Shown here: positions 24,760-35,038 of the stretch, in pieces | Layout of the letters: each line of letters starts with the position of its first letter | How positions within the stretch are numbered: position 1 is the stretch's first letter | Origin: a virus | Lineage: Duplodnaviria > Caudoviricetes | Strand: one strand, 5' to 3' | Virus record (IMG/VR): IMGVR_UViG_3300023194_000121 | Location: 770 to 64,769 of that record | Length of the DNA: 64,000 bases | Notes under the pieces: generated by a model | What the model was told of the DNA's origin: nothing | Database searches by the model: none | Seen by the model: the letters and a program-made list of their open reading frames with translations, nothing else | Translations under genes and position numbers: made by a program

Positions 24760-26331
24760 ATGAGCGTTTCGAAGGCCATCAAACGCTGGCTGCCAAAGAT
24801 CGGCGATATCGTGCTCGCGCGCGCGAAGGCCAAATCGCTGGTTGAGCCCGCGAATATCTTTGCGCCTGCTCAACATCCGCCGGGCGTTACCCCGCCGAAG
24901 GGCGCCAAGCTCGCGATGGATGAATATCCGTCTTCGACCGCCGGATGGGCATATAGCAACATTGGCGCAAATCTCATCGAGGAAGGCCAAGGGTTCCTCG
25001 GCTATGCAGTCTTGGCGCAACTGTCTCAGCGCGCCGAATATCGCAGCATGGTCGAAATCCTGGCCATGTACATGACGAAGGAATGGATCAATCTCAAGAC
25101 CAGCGGGAATGAAAGCAAGTCGGACAAGATCGCGACTATCGCTTCTGAGCTTGAACACCTGAAGATCAAGAAGGCGTTCCAGACGGTCGCCGAACAGGAC
25201 GGCTATTTTGGTCGAGGCCATCTCTATCTCGACTTGGGTGAAACGACAGAAGAGGAACGAAAGAAATCGATCCTCGACTCCAACGGGAAGGTCAGCGCAG
25301 CGAAAGTCGGCCGAGGCAGCTTTAAGCGCGTCAAGGCCATCGAAGCGGTCTGGGCTTATCCGATCCGCTACAATTCGACCGATCCGTTTGCCGCCGACTG
25401 GTACAAGCCGCAGGCCTGGTATGTCATGGGCAAAGAGGTTCACGTCTCTCGCTTCCTGACGTTTATCGGGCGCGAGGTCTCCGACCTTCTGAAGCCAGCC
25501 TATTCGTTCGGCGGGCTGTCGTTGACACAAATGGCGCTGCCCTACGTAGACAACTGGCTGCGCACCAGGCAGAGCGTTTCTGACATCGTCCATGCCTTTT
25601 CCGTGATGGTGCTATCGACCAATCTTTCGGAGGCGTTGCAGGCTGACGGCGAGCAGCTGTTTCGCAGAGTCGATCTTTTCAATGGCGTCCGCGATAACAA
25701 GGGCGTTCTTGTTCTCGATAAGGAAACTGAGGCTTTCCAGAACGTTTCGGCGCCGTTGAGTGGCCTTGATACGCTGTTATCCCAAAGCCAGGAACAGCTC
25801 TGTTCGGTTGCCGGCACCCCAGTCATCATCTTGCTGGGACTGTCTCCGCACGGGCTCAATGCTTCGTCTGAAGGTGAAATCAGAGCCTTCTTCGACAGGA
25901 TCAAAAGCCGTCAGGAGAGCTTGTTTCGAGATCCTCTCGAACGGCTCATCGATATCATCCAGCTTTCGAAGTTTGGTGAGGTCGATCCCGACATAACGTT
26001 CGACTTCGTCGATCTTTGGTCACTGGATGAAAAGGGCAGGGTTGATGTCGAAAAGACCAAGGCTGATATGGCTCAGGTCTTGATTGATGCCGGTGTAATC
26101 GCGCCGGAGGAGGAACGGTCCCGCCTCGCAAAAGATCCAGATTCCTTCTACCACGGTCTCGATATCGACGACGCGCCAGACCTGAAGGAAGAAGAGGAAG
26201 AGGGCTTGGAACCGCACGGCGGTCACGCCGCCGGGGCTGGCAACGACATTGAAGGCGATGATATAGGTGAGCTCTTCGATCGCTTGAGAACACCGTCACA
26301 TGACCGAGAAAAAGCCGGAGCTGAAGCCTGA
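24760..26331 (+). CDS. Portal protein (DUF1073 family)
   Basis: LAQLSQRAEYRSMVE...WLRTRQSVSDIV...LLGLSPHGLNASSEGEIRAFFD; follows terL. Confidence 0.88.
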   Translation: MSVSKAIKRWLPKIGDIVLARAKAKSLVEPANIFAPAQHPPGVTPPKGAKLAMDEYPSSTAGWAYSNIGANLIEEGQGFLGYAVLAQLSQRAEYRSMVEILAMYMTKEWINLKTSGNESKSDKIATIASELEHLKIKKAFQTVAEQDGYFGRGHLYLDLGETTEEERKKSILDSNGKVSAAKVGRGSFKRVKAIEAVWAYPIRYNSTDPFAADWYKPQAWYVMGKEVHVSRFLTFIGREVSDLLKPAYSFGGLSLTQMALPYVDNWLRTRQSVSDIVHAFSVMVLSTNLSEALQADGEQLFRRVDLFNGVRDNKGVLVLDKETEAFQNVSAPLSGLDTLLSQSQEQLCSVAGTPVIILLGLSPHGLNASSEGEIRAFFDRIKSRQESLFRDPLERLIDIIQLSKFGEVDPDITFDFVDLWSLDEKGRVDVEKTKADMAQVLIDAGVIAPEEERSRLAKDPDSFYHGLDIDDAPDLKEEEEEGLEPHGGHAAGAGNDIEGDDIGELFDRLRTPSHDREKAGAEA

Positions 26332-26611
26332 GGATTTTGAGCCTGAGCCTGATGCTGTCTATCGGGAGCGCATCTTGTTCTGGCTCAGACAGGAAGCAGC
26401 GGCGGCGCAGACCGCAACTGGAAAAGCGCTTGACGAGATCGGCGATGGCATCGGCATGCCGCGCAATCTCGAATTCAAAAACCAAGACGAAGATGGTGAG
26501 GATGACGATCTTGATGACGACGAAGACAACAGTCTCATCAGCTTCGGGCCGCGTGAACTGCGCGCCTTTCTGAGATTGCAGAAGGAAGATGGCGGTCGCA
26601 AAAAAGGGTAA
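26300..26611 (+). CDS. Acidic hypothetical protein
   Basis: ORF between portal and head morphogenesis gene. Confidence 0.5.
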   Translation: MTEKKPELKPEDFEPEPDAVYRERILFWLRQEAAAAQTATGKALDEIGDGIGMPRNLEFKNQDEDGEDDDLDDDEDNSLISFGPRELRAFLRLQKEDGGRKKG

Positions 26612-27395
26612 GGTGCTTCGGCCCGTGCACCCAAATGCCGGGTTGGAAATGCTTTTCCGCAACAAGCTGACTTCTCTCATCGAAGAGATGCACAACAGCG
26701 TACTTTACTGGCTTGGAGCGGCTTACAAGCGAAACGAGCCACTGATTGCCCAAGACGAGACGCCCGCAGGACTGCTGCGCAAGCTCATCCGACGGCTGGT
26801 CCGCCGCTGGCAGAAACGCTTCAATGATATGGCGCCGGAACTCGCCACTTATTTCTCGCAGTCCGTCAAGGATCGTTCAGACGCCGCGTTGAAAAGCATC
26901 CTGAAGAAAGGTGGCCTCGCCGTCGAGTTTAAAATGACGGGTCCGATGCGCGACGTCATGAACGCGACGATCGGCGAGCAGGTCGGCCTGATCAAATCGA
27001 TCCCGGCGCAATATCTCGGCAAGGTTGAAGGCATCGTGATGCGTGGCGTCCAAACCGGGCGCGATCTCGGTCAGATCTCGAAGGACCTGCAGGAGCAGCT
27101 TGGTGTCACGAAGCGCCGCGCCGCGTTTATTGCGAAGGACCAAAGCAACAAAGCGACGGCCTCGATGACGCGCGTCCGGCAGATCGAGATTGCAGGGCCT
27201 GAAGCTGAGGCTGTCTGGGTGCATAGTGGTGGCGGAAAGCATCCGCGACCGACCCATCTGAAGGCGGGAAGGGACAAGACAAAATATTCGGTTAAAGAAG
27301 GCTGGTACGATCAGGCGGAGGGACGCCATGTGCTGCCCGGAGAACTGATCAACTGCCGGTGCGTGAGCGGGTTGTTCGTGCCGGGATTCACTTGA
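26589..27395 (+). CDS. Head morphogenesis protein (Mu gpF / SPP1 gp7-like)
   Basis: RAAFIAKDQSNKA...WVHSGGG..PRPTH...PGELINCRC. Confidence 0.88.
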   Translation: MAVAKKGKVLRPVHPNAGLEMLFRNKLTSLIEEMHNSVLYWLGAAYKRNEPLIAQDETPAGLLRKLIRRLVRRWQKRFNDMAPELATYFSQSVKDRSDAALKSILKKGGLAVEFKMTGPMRDVMNATIGEQVGLIKSIPAQYLGKVEGIVMRGVQTGRDLGQISKDLQEQLGVTKRRAAFIAKDQSNKATASMTRVRQIEIAGPEAEAVWVHSGGGKHPRPTHLKAGRDKTKYSVKEGWYDQAEGRHVLPGELINCRCVSGLFVPGFT

Positions 27396-27423
27396 GCGTT
27401 TTTTCGAAAATCTTGTTCCGATG

Positions 27424-27448
27424 AGCCGCCCATTGAGGCGGCTTTTTT
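27424..27448 (+). terminator. Intrinsic terminator inside the head operon
   Basis: AGCCGCC-CATTGA-GGCGGCT followed by TTTTT. Confidence 0.85.
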
Positions 27449-27449
27449 C

Positions 27450-28853
27450 ATGGGAAACAGAATGTTGCACAATCAGGTGTTGGCTCTGGATCGCTCGGCG
27501 GTCGAAGAGTCGATCCGACGCAAGGATGAAGACGGTCATTTGCACGTCCGCCTGACGCCGATCTCAAAAGCCAATGTCTGCGGTTATTTCGGACGCGAGA
27601 TCCCGGACTGGCAGGAACTCGGTCTGGATGCCGATCGCATCTATCAGCTCTATCGCGATCCGGAAGAGCTTGAGAAGGCGGTTTCGAGCTTCAATGGAAA
27701 GCCTCTGCTCTTCGGGCATAACCCCGTCAGTGCAGATGCGCATGACCATGAACGCACGGTTGGTTCCGTAACATCACCAGTCTGGGAAGCGCCTTACATC
27801 AAGGCGGCTTTAGACATCTGGTCCGGCCCGGCCATCAAGGCAATTGAATCCGGTGACCAGAAGGAGTTGTCGAGTGGTTACCGATACCGCGCAGACATGA
27901 CGCCGGGCACAACGCCCGATGGTGTCCGTTTCGATGGCGTGATGCGAGACATCATTGCCAATCACGTAGCTCTCGTCCCGGAAGGCCGGGCAGGGAAGGA
28001 TGTTGTCGTTGGCGACAGCGCGCTCCGCAAACTAGAGGATATATTTTCCATGCCCAAGCAGACTCTTGCGGGCGCGGCGGCTTTCGGCGCGCTCATGACT
28101 TACCTGCGTCCGAAAATGGCGGCGGACGCCAAAATCGATCTGACGCCGATCCTTGCCGATCTCACGAAGAAGAATTTTGCGACCAAGAAGCCTGTTGTGA
28201 TCGACGGGCTGAAGAAGGCTTTGACCGGGAAGCTGGCGCAGGACGCGGACCTCGAAGGTATCGCTGATGTGCTCGAGGCCGTTGCACCTCTCCTTCAAGA
28301 GGAGATGGACGAAACGGTTGTCGCCGCCGATGACGAGGATGCAGACCTCAAGGCCGCTCTCAAAGCCAAGGGATATTCCGACGAAGAGATTGCAAAGATC
28401 TGTTCGAAGGTGAACTCCGCTCCGGCCGCCGACGAAGACGATCCCGAGAAAAAGGAGATGGCCGACAAGCTCAAGGCCATGGATGCCAAGCTGCGGGAAG
28501 CGACCAAGGGCATGGTGACGACAGATGCCATGGATGCATCGATTAAGGCTGCGGTTGAGGCGGCGCGGAAAAACGAGCGCGAGATCAGCGAAGCCCTTCG
28601 GGAAGTCGCTAAGAGCCGCGTCGGCGAGTTGCATGGTGCTTTCGATAGCGCGCCTGATGTCTACAAGGCCGCGGCTAAGCAGCTCGGCGCCAATGTCGAC
28701 GACGTCCATCCATCGGCCTTCAAGGTCATCTGGGAAACCGTTTCGAAGTCCACGGCGCGGCCCGAGGCCTCGCCCGCCATCGTCGCTCAGGATGCGGCGG
28801 CGAAGAAGGACTACGAGACGCGTTTCCCTCACGCCAATCGCCTGAAGCACTAA
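27450..28853 (+). CDS. DUF2213 capsid maturation/scaffold protein
   Basis: DEDGHLHV..TPISKANV..Y.GREIP...ELSSGYRY...NHVALVPEGRAG.DVVVGDS. Confidence 0.9.
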   Translation: MGNRMLHNQVLALDRSAVEESIRRKDEDGHLHVRLTPISKANVCGYFGREIPDWQELGLDADRIYQLYRDPEELEKAVSSFNGKPLLFGHNPVSADAHDHERTVGSVTSPVWEAPYIKAALDIWSGPAIKAIESGDQKELSSGYRYRADMTPGTTPDGVRFDGVMRDIIANHVALVPEGRAGKDVVVGDSALRKLEDIFSMPKQTLAGAAAFGALMTYLRPKMAADAKIDLTPILADLTKKNFATKKPVVIDGLKKALTGKLAQDADLEGIADVLEAVAPLLQEEMDETVVAADDEDADLKAALKAKGYSDEEIAKICSKVNSAPAADEDDPEKKEMADKLKAMDAKLREATKGMVTTDAMDASIKAAVEAARKNEREISEALREVAKSRVGELHGAFDSAPDVYKAAAKQLGANVDDVHPSAFKVIWETVSKSTARPEASPAIVAQDAAAKKDYETRFPHANRLKH

Positions 28854-28866
28854 GGAGGCAACTGCG

Positions 28867-29364
28867 ATGCCGTTTCAGCAAACCGTCAACATCACGCAGG
28901 CCCCCGCCGTCGAAGGCCAGCTCGCCAGCGTTTCAACGTCGCGACATTCGGTTGTCACGCCTGCCGAAGGTACCTGGGTTGCGGGTACCGGCGGCGTTGT
29001 TCTTGGCCGCTTCGTCTGGCCGGATACGACCAATGGTACGACCCTGCTCAATGCCGGCACCGGCGCGCCGCGTGGCATCGTCGCCAATGTCCTCGATGCC
29101 CTGATCACCACGTATCTCGGCGAAGCCGGCATGGCGATCCCGGCGGGCATGCCGGTCGGCAACGTCTTCGATGAGTGCGACATCTGGGTGAAAAATACCG
29201 GATCTGGCGCCGTCACCGTCGGCATGAAGGCCTTCGCCAGCAACACGACTGGGCAGGTCCAGTTCGCGGCAGCAGGCTCAACCGTCGCCGGTTACACGGA
29301 ATCGCCTTTCTTCGCAGACTCGCCCGGCGGCGCTGGCGAGCTCATCAAAATTTCCACGCGTTAA
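28867..29364 (+). CDS. Capsid decoration/cement protein
   Basis: MPFQQTVN...APAVEG; position just before major capsid gene. Confidence 0.7.
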   Translation: MPFQQTVNITQAPAVEGQLASVSTSRHSVVTPAEGTWVAGTGGVVLGRFVWPDTTNGTTLLNAGTGAPRGIVANVLDALITTYLGEAGMAIPAGMPVGNVFDECDIWVKNTGSGAVTVGMKAFASNTTGQVQFAAAGSTVAGYTESPFFADSPGGAGELIKISTR

Positions 29365-29391
29365 TCGCTGGGCTCGAAAGGAGACCAATCT

Positions 29392-30435
29392 ATGCCTTTG
29401 CGCAATCCTGACTTTGCCCGGCACGAACGTGACTGGGGTATCCACATCATGGCCAATGATTATTTGCCCGATGAATATAAGGGCAACTTCTCGATGGCGA
29501 TGGACGCGCAGCCGGCGCTGATCTCGACGGCGAGCGGCGGTATTCCGTTCTGGATGACGAACTATGTCGATCCGGAAGTGATCCGCGTCTTGCAGGCTCC
29601 GAACGCTGGCGCTGAAATCCTTGGCGAACGCAAAGTCGGCGACTGGACGACGCAGACGGCAACCTTCGTCCTGAGTGAAAATGTCGGCCAGGTTGCCAGC
29701 TATGGCGACACCAGCACGAATGGCCGTTCCGATGCCAACGTCAATTTCCCGCAGCGCCAGTCGTATCTTTTCCAGACGGTCATCGAATATGGTGACCTTC
29801 AGGTCGAGCGCGCCGGCGAAGCGCGCCTCTCATGGGTTTCGGAGGTGCAGACCTCGGCCGCCATGACGATCGAGAAGTTCCGCGACTACACCTATCACTT
29901 CGGTGTCACCGGCCTTCAGAACTACGGCATGCTGAATGATCCGGCGCTATCGACTGCGCTTACGCCGGCGACGAAATCGGCGGGCGGTACGGCGTGGATC
30001 GTTTCCGGCCATATCAATGCGACGGCTCTTGAAGTCTTTGCCGATATTCAGGCGTTGTATGTCCAGCTCCTTTCCCAGACCAATGGTCGTGTCGAAATGA
30101 CGGATCCGATGACGCTGGCGCTCCCCGTGGCATCGCAGCTCGCGTTGACGGACACGTCGACCTACAACGTCAACGTCATGGACATGCTGGCAAAGAACTT
30201 CCCGCGGCTCAAGGTCAAGGCCGACCCACGCTATGCCACGGCGTCCGGCAACGTGGTCCAGCTCATTGCCGACAAGTTTGATGGCAAGGATGCTGCCTTT
30301 TGCGCCTTCAATGAAAAGCTGCGCGATCACGCCCCGCGCCGTCGCCTCTCTTCGTGGGAGCAGAAGAAAACGGGTGGTACCTGGGGCGCGATCATTCGCT
30401 ACCCGGCCGCAATTTCTCAGATGCTCGGAGTCTAA
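29392..30435 (+). CDS. Major capsid protein (DUF2184 family)
   Basis: AMDAQPALI...YVDPEVIRVL.AP...GDWTT...QNYGMLNDPAL...KKTGGTWGAIIRYP. Confidence 0.9.
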   Translation: MPLRNPDFARHERDWGIHIMANDYLPDEYKGNFSMAMDAQPALISTASGGIPFWMTNYVDPEVIRVLQAPNAGAEILGERKVGDWTTQTATFVLSENVGQVASYGDTSTNGRSDANVNFPQRQSYLFQTVIEYGDLQVERAGEARLSWVSEVQTSAAMTIEKFRDYTYHFGVTGLQNYGMLNDPALSTALTPATKSAGGTAWIVSGHINATALEVFADIQALYVQLLSQTNGRVEMTDPMTLALPVASQLALTDTSTYNVNVMDMLAKNFPRLKVKADPRYATASGNVVQLIADKFDGKDAAFCAFNEKLRDHAPRRRLSSWEQKKTGGTWGAIIRYPAAISQMLGV

Positions 30436-30439
30436 AGCA

Positions 30440-30871
30440 ATGGCAGCAAGCCAGACAATCATCACGGTCGGTTGCAAATATCCGCATGGCCTCCGGATCT
30501 TCGAGGAGAAGCCGGTCAAGGTCGTGCGCGAGATGCGTGGCGGTTCGCGCGAAGTGACGGAATGGCACAAGACCGGAAAGTTCGTCGATCTCAAAGGCAC
30601 GGCTTATCACGTCGATCAGCCTCGCCCGATTCTTTCGCCCGACGGCTATGCGGTGACGACTGGCGTCGACGCCGAGTTCTTCAACGCCTGGATGGAAGCG
30701 CACAAGAACGACGACTTCGTCACCAGCGGGGCCATCGCCAAGATCGATCAGAATAGCAGAGTTGAAGGTGCTGCCAGAGATATGAGGGGCCAGAAGACGG
30801 GCTTTGAGCCTATAGATCCGAAAAACCTTCCGCCTGAATTCAGCGGCAAGGTCGAGACGGCAGAGGTTTAA
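30440..30871 (+). CDS. Conserved head-associated hypothetical protein
   Basis: ITVGCKYPHGL...GYAVTTGVDAEFFNAW...KTGFEPIDP. Confidence 0.75.
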   Translation: MAASQTIITVGCKYPHGLRIFEEKPVKVVREMRGGSREVTEWHKTGKFVDLKGTAYHVDQPRPILSPDGYAVTTGVDAEFFNAWMEAHKNDDFVTSGAIAKIDQNSRVEGAARDMRGQKTGFEPIDPKNLPPEFSGKVETAEV

Positions 30872-31305
30872 TGGCAGATCCCGTCACCTTTGTTTACGCC
30901 GACTGGATCGCTGCCTATCCGGAATTTTCAACCATTCCGGAGGCTACGGCTCAAGGCTATTTCGACATGGCGACGGGGTTTCTGCGCAATGATGGGACCA
31001 GTCCGGTCTCATCGACCGCTACGCAGACGACGCTGCTTTATCTGTTGACCGCGCATATCGCGAAGCTGTTCGCTACCGTCAACGGTCAGCCCGCGAGCGA
31101 TCTGGTCGGTCGTATCTTATCGGCAACTGAAGGCAGCGTCTCAGTATCGGTTGATCTGCCGCAGTTGCCGCAATCGGCCGCTTGGTTCTCGCAGACGAAA
31201 TACGGGCTCATGTTCTGGCAGATGACGGCAGCCTATAGGACGGCGCGTTATAGGCCAGGGCCGCAGCGCATGTTCAACCCTATGGGGATGTTTTGGCGGC
31301 GGTAA
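30871..31305 (+). CDS. Head-tail adaptor (DUF4054)
   Basis: F.A.YPEF...LYLLTAHIAKL...GRI.SATEGSVSVS...WFSQTKYG..FWQ.TA.YRT. Confidence 0.85.
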   Translation: MADPVTFVYADWIAAYPEFSTIPEATAQGYFDMATGFLRNDGTSPVSSTATQTTLLYLLTAHIAKLFATVNGQPASDLVGRILSATEGSVSVSVDLPQLPQSAAWFSQTKYGLMFWQMTAAYRTARYRPGPQRMFNPMGMFWRR

Positions 31306-31748
31306 CGATCAAGGGTGGCGACAAGCTCGCGGCGCGCCTCTCGGATATTGCCAAGGCTTTGTCGAGCCCGGTACGTCTCAAGGTCGGGTTCATGGAGAAC
31401 GCGACATATCCCGACGGCACATCGGTCGCGCTCGTCGCCGCAGTTCAAGAGTTTGGATCTCCGGCGAACAATATTCCGCCGCGGCCGTTTTTCCGTAACA
31501 TGGTTGCTGAGAAATCCGGGGAGTGGCCCGATGCCATCGCTGCATTGCTGAAGGCGCATAATTACGACGCGGCTGCGGTACTCAATCTCACCGGCGGCGC
31601 GATCTCAGGGCAGCTTCAGGCGAGCATCGCAAGCTTTGACAGCGTTCCGTTGAAGCCTTCGACGGTCAAGGCAAAGGGCTTCGATAAGCAGCTTGTCGAC
31701 ACCGGCAACATGATGAAAAGTGTCACCTTCATTGTCGACGGCGGTTAA
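31293..31748 (+). CDS. Neck/tail-completion protein
   Basis: LKVGFMENATYPDGTSVA.VAAVQEFG...IPPRPFFR...LVDTGNM. Confidence 0.8.
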   Translation: MAAVTIKGGDKLAARLSDIAKALSSPVRLKVGFMENATYPDGTSVALVAAVQEFGSPANNIPPRPFFRNMVAEKSGEWPDAIAALLKAHNYDAAAVLNLTGGAISGQLQASIASFDSVPLKPSTVKAKGFDKQLVDTGNMMKSVTFIVDGG

Positions 31749-31759
31749 GTGAGTAGGCG

Positions 31760-32131
31760 ATGAATCTGCACGGTATCGTTTCCAATGCAATCGCGACGGT
31801 CAATCCATTCAGGCAAGTCGTGATCTCGATCAATACGGGGGCGACGACTGATGCCAGTGGCAAGAGGCAGCCGACGTATGCCGATCCGCAGCCCGCAATG
31901 GGTCAGATCCAGGCATTGACGCAGAATGACATCTTTCAGCTCGAGGGGATGAATATCCAGGGTGTCCATTCGAAGATGTACATTCAGGGCAACATCAGCG
32001 GCCTAGTCCGCGTCGATCGGAAGGGTGGCGATATCGTGCAGACCTCTGATGGCAAGATGTGGATGGTAAGCGCTGTCTTGGAGTCGTGGCCGGACTGGTG
32101 CGCGGTCGCGCTCATCCTGCAAGATAATTGA
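31760..32131 (+). CDS. Head-closure protein
   Basis: MNLHGIVSNAIATVNP...QIQAL...GGDIV...W.V..VLESWPDW. Confidence 0.78.
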   Translation: MNLHGIVSNAIATVNPFRQVVISINTGATTDASGKRQPTYADPQPAMGQIQALTQNDIFQLEGMNIQGVHSKMYIQGNISGLVRVDRKGGDIVQTSDGKMWMVSAVLESWPDWCAVALILQDN

Positions 32132-32841
32132 TGGCTGCTTTAACCGTTTCTCCAACGCAGATCGAGATCCAGATCGTTCTGCGTAGCTTCCTTTTATCCA
32201 TCTTGCCATCAGGGGTCGAAGTCGTCGAAGGCAACGACAATGATGTAGCCGAGCCCAGTGGAAGCGCTTTCGTCATCATGACGACGCTGCGGCGCGAGCG
32301 CTTGGCGACGAACATAGGCGCTCTGATGGACACAACGTTCATCGGGGTGATCGCGGATACAGTGCTGACGGTATCAGAGATGGAAACCGGCGCAATCTAT
32401 GTTGGAGATCAGATTTTCGGCGTCAGCCTTGCGCGGCCGACGACGATCACTTCAGAGAATGAGGACGGCACTTATGTCGTCTCGCCGGGCCAGACGATCG
32501 CTTCTCAGCCGATGTCTGCTGGCAAGCAGCTCATCACGCAGAAAACGAAGGTAACAATTCAGCTCGATTTCCACAGTGCCGATGTTTCGACATCCGCCGA
32601 CATGGCGCAGGTCGTATCGACGCTCCTGCGAGATCCTTATGCCATCGAGCAGTTCAAGGCCTCGGGCTACGATGTGACTCCGCTCTACGCGGATGATCCT
32701 CGCCAAATGGCATTCTCCAATACCGAAAACCAGTTTGAGACGCGATACCTCGTGGAGGCCGTGTTTCAGGTCAATCAGACCGTCATTGTCCCGCAAGAAT
32801 TCATGTCAACGGCGGTTCCGGCCGTAACGAGGGTCTCCTGA
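32131..32841 (+). CDS. Tail terminator/neck protein with inserted beta-rich module
   Basis: Position before sheath; PLYADDPRQM.F.N.E.QFE.RY. Confidence 0.7.
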   Translation: MAALTVSPTQIEIQIVLRSFLLSILPSGVEVVEGNDNDVAEPSGSAFVIMTTLRRERLATNIGALMDTTFIGVIADTVLTVSEMETGAIYVGDQIFGVSLARPTTITSENEDGTYVVSPGQTIASQPMSAGKQLITQKTKVTIQLDFHSADVSTSADMAQVVSTLLRDPYAIEQFKASGYDVTPLYADDPRQMAFSNTENQFETRYLVEAVFQVNQTVIVPQEFMSTAVPAVTRVS

Positions 32842-34592
32842 TGAGCACTATCCCCGCCTCGCTATTCGTTTCGGCATCTTCGAGCGTCATTTCCGCCGGC
32901 GGCAGCCAGTTGCAGATGAATGGCCTCATGCTGACCGAAAGCCCACGCGTGCCGATCGGCACGGTCCAATCCTTTTCGGGAAAGACAGCGGTTTCCTCCT
33001 ATTTCGGCGCATCGTCGGATGAAGCCAGATATGCGGCCATCTATTTTGCTGGCTTTGCCGGTGCCGACAAGCTGCCAGGTGCCCTGTTATTTGCGCAGTA
33101 TCCGGCGACCGCCGTCGCGGCCTATCTCCGTGGCGGCGCGCTTGGGCTGACACTCGCGCAGCTCAAAGCGTTGAGCGGTTCTCTGACGATCGAGGTCGAC
33201 GGGGCATCTTTCACCACGGCGAGCCTTTCTCTGTCTGCGGCGACGAGCTTCTCGAACGCGGCCTCCATTATGCAGACCGCGCTCGACACCACGCTGGCGA
33301 CGGAAGCGACATTCACCGGCGCGATCTCGGGAAACACGCTCACTGTTTCGTCCGTCGCGTCCGGCTCTATCGAAGTTGGGCAGACGCTTGCCGGGACAGG
33401 CGTCACGGCTGGGACGAAAATTACGGCCGAAGGCACGGGAACCGGCGGGACGGGCACATACACCGTCAGCGCCTCGCAGACCGTGGCCAGCGAAAGCATG
33501 ACGGCAATAGTCTCTGCTCTCACGGTTTCTTACGACTCAGTGTCCGGCGCATTCATCGTCACATCCGGGTCTTCCGGTACCGAATCCACGATTGGTTTCG
33601 CGACTGGCGCGCTCGCTGCCAATCTTTCCCTGACCTCGGCGATGGGCGCTGTCATTTCGCAGGGCGCTGCGGCTGCGGCCGATCCAGGCTCTTTCATGGA
33701 CGGACTGATCGAGGTCAATCAGAACTGGTTCGCCTTTATGACGATCTTCGATCCCGACGGTGGTTCAGGCTTCACCGAGAAGGAGGCCTTCGCGGCGTGG
33801 ACAAACGCCCAGGGCAACCGGTTTGCCTATGCGTGCTGGGATACTGATGAAAGCCCGCGCGCGTCGTCTTCAGCTACCGACTGTCTCGGATATGCGATCA
33901 CAGAGGCGAACTATTCCGGCACGGTTTTGGTCTCAACTCTCACCGATGCGAGCTTCGCGGCCTTTGCACTGGCATTCCCGGCGAGCCTCGACTTCGGCAA
34001 GAAGAACGGCCGGGCAACGCTCGCCTATACATCGCAGACCGGATTGGTTGCAGACGTCACGACGTCACTTGCAGCAACAAATCTCGGTGGCAATCCTCAG
34101 TCCGAAGGCGACTTCGGAAACGGCTACAATTATTACGGCGCGATCGGGACAGGTTTCAGCACGTTCGTCAATTTCCAGCGCGGCTTCGTTTCCGGGCCGT
34201 TCCAGTGGTTCGACAGCTACGTCAACCAGTGCTGGATCACGACAAGCCTGCAATCAGCGATCCTTGCATTCTTCGCGGCCGTCAAATCCGACCCCTACAA
34301 TCGCGCCGGCTATGACATGGTCGAGGAAGTGCTGTCTGGCATCATGGATCAAGCCGTGAATTTCGGTGCCGCGCGCGAGGGCGTCTCGTTGAGCGCAGCT
34401 CAGATCGCCGAGGTCAATAACCAGGCAGGTATCGCTATCGATGCGACGCTTTCCGCGCAGGGCTATTACATCCAGATCCAGGATGCATCGGCAACCGTCA
34501 GGGCGTCACGCGGATCGCCGCCTGTCAACGTCTGGTACATGGACGGTGAATCCATCCAAGCCCTCACCATCGGCAGCTACCTGGTCCAGTAA
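32841..34592 (+). CDS. Tail sheath protein (DUF3383)
   Basis: TIPAS.FV....VI.AGG, NWFAFMTIFDP, GPFQWFDSYVNQ, PYNRAGY, RGSPP...WYMDG.SIQ. Confidence 0.9.
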   Translation: MSTIPASLFVSASSSVISAGGSQLQMNGLMLTESPRVPIGTVQSFSGKTAVSSYFGASSDEARYAAIYFAGFAGADKLPGALLFAQYPATAVAAYLRGGALGLTLAQLKALSGSLTIEVDGASFTTASLSLSAATSFSNAASIMQTALDTTLATEATFTGAISGNTLTVSSVASGSIEVGQTLAGTGVTAGTKITAEGTGTGGTGTYTVSASQTVASESMTAIVSALTVSYDSVSGAFIVTSGSSGTESTIGFATGALAANLSLTSAMGAVISQGAAAAADPGSFMDGLIEVNQNWFAFMTIFDPDGGSGFTEKEAFAAWTNAQGNRFAYACWDTDESPRASSSATDCLGYAITEANYSGTVLVSTLTDASFAAFALAFPASLDFGKKNGRATLAYTSQTGLVADVTTSLAATNLGGNPQSEGDFGNGYNYYGAIGTGFSTFVNFQRGFVSGPFQWFDSYVNQCWITTSLQSAILAFFAAVKSDPYNRAGYDMVEEVLSGIMDQAVNFGAAREGVSLSAAQIAEVNNQAGIAIDATLSAQGYYIQIQDASATVRASRGSPPVNVWYMDGESIQALTIGSYLVQ

Positions 34593-34606
34593 AGGGAAAT
34601 TGAACG

Positions 34607-35038
34607 ATGACCGATATTACTGGCGCCAATTCGCTTTTCACCATCACTGTTGCGGATTTGTTTTCGTCGCCGTTCCAGTTGCAGGGATATGCAGCTGACG
34701 ATGCCTTTGCCACGGATGCAATGACGATCGCTGAAACGCTGATGGGCGTCGACGGCATTCTTTCCGGCGGCTTCGTCAATGTCGAAACCCATCAGACGAT
34801 TTCGTTGCAGGCCGACTCTCCATCGATCACCTATTTCGATCAATGGTTCTCGGCACAGAAGAGCAATCAGGAAGTCTACCCGGCCAGCGCGACGATCACG
34901 ATGCCGGCCGTCGGGCTGAAATACACTCTGAAGAACGGCTTCCTCACGACATACGCGCCGATGGCAGGTGTGAAGAAGCTGCTTCAGCCGCGCCAATTCA
35001 GCATCACGTGGAATTCAGTGAACTGGGCGAACGTCTGA
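34607..35038 (+). CDS. Tail tube protein
   Basis: ITGANS.FTI....LQGYAADDAF...MGVDG.LSGG...LQADSPS; follows sheath. Confidence 0.8.
   Translation: MTDITGANSLFTITVADLFSSPFQLQGYAADDAFATDAMTIAETLMGVDGILSGGFVNVETHQTISLQADSPSITYFDQWFSAQKSNQEVYPASATITMPAVGLKYTLKNGFLTTYAPMAGVKKLLQPRQFSITWNSVNWANV

Noticed and set aside
24760-26331. DUF1073 protein as an anti-CBASS (Acb1) factor, a label sometimes attached to this family
   Set aside because: Size, position after terL and motifs fit a portal; no 2H phosphoesterase HxT motifs are evident
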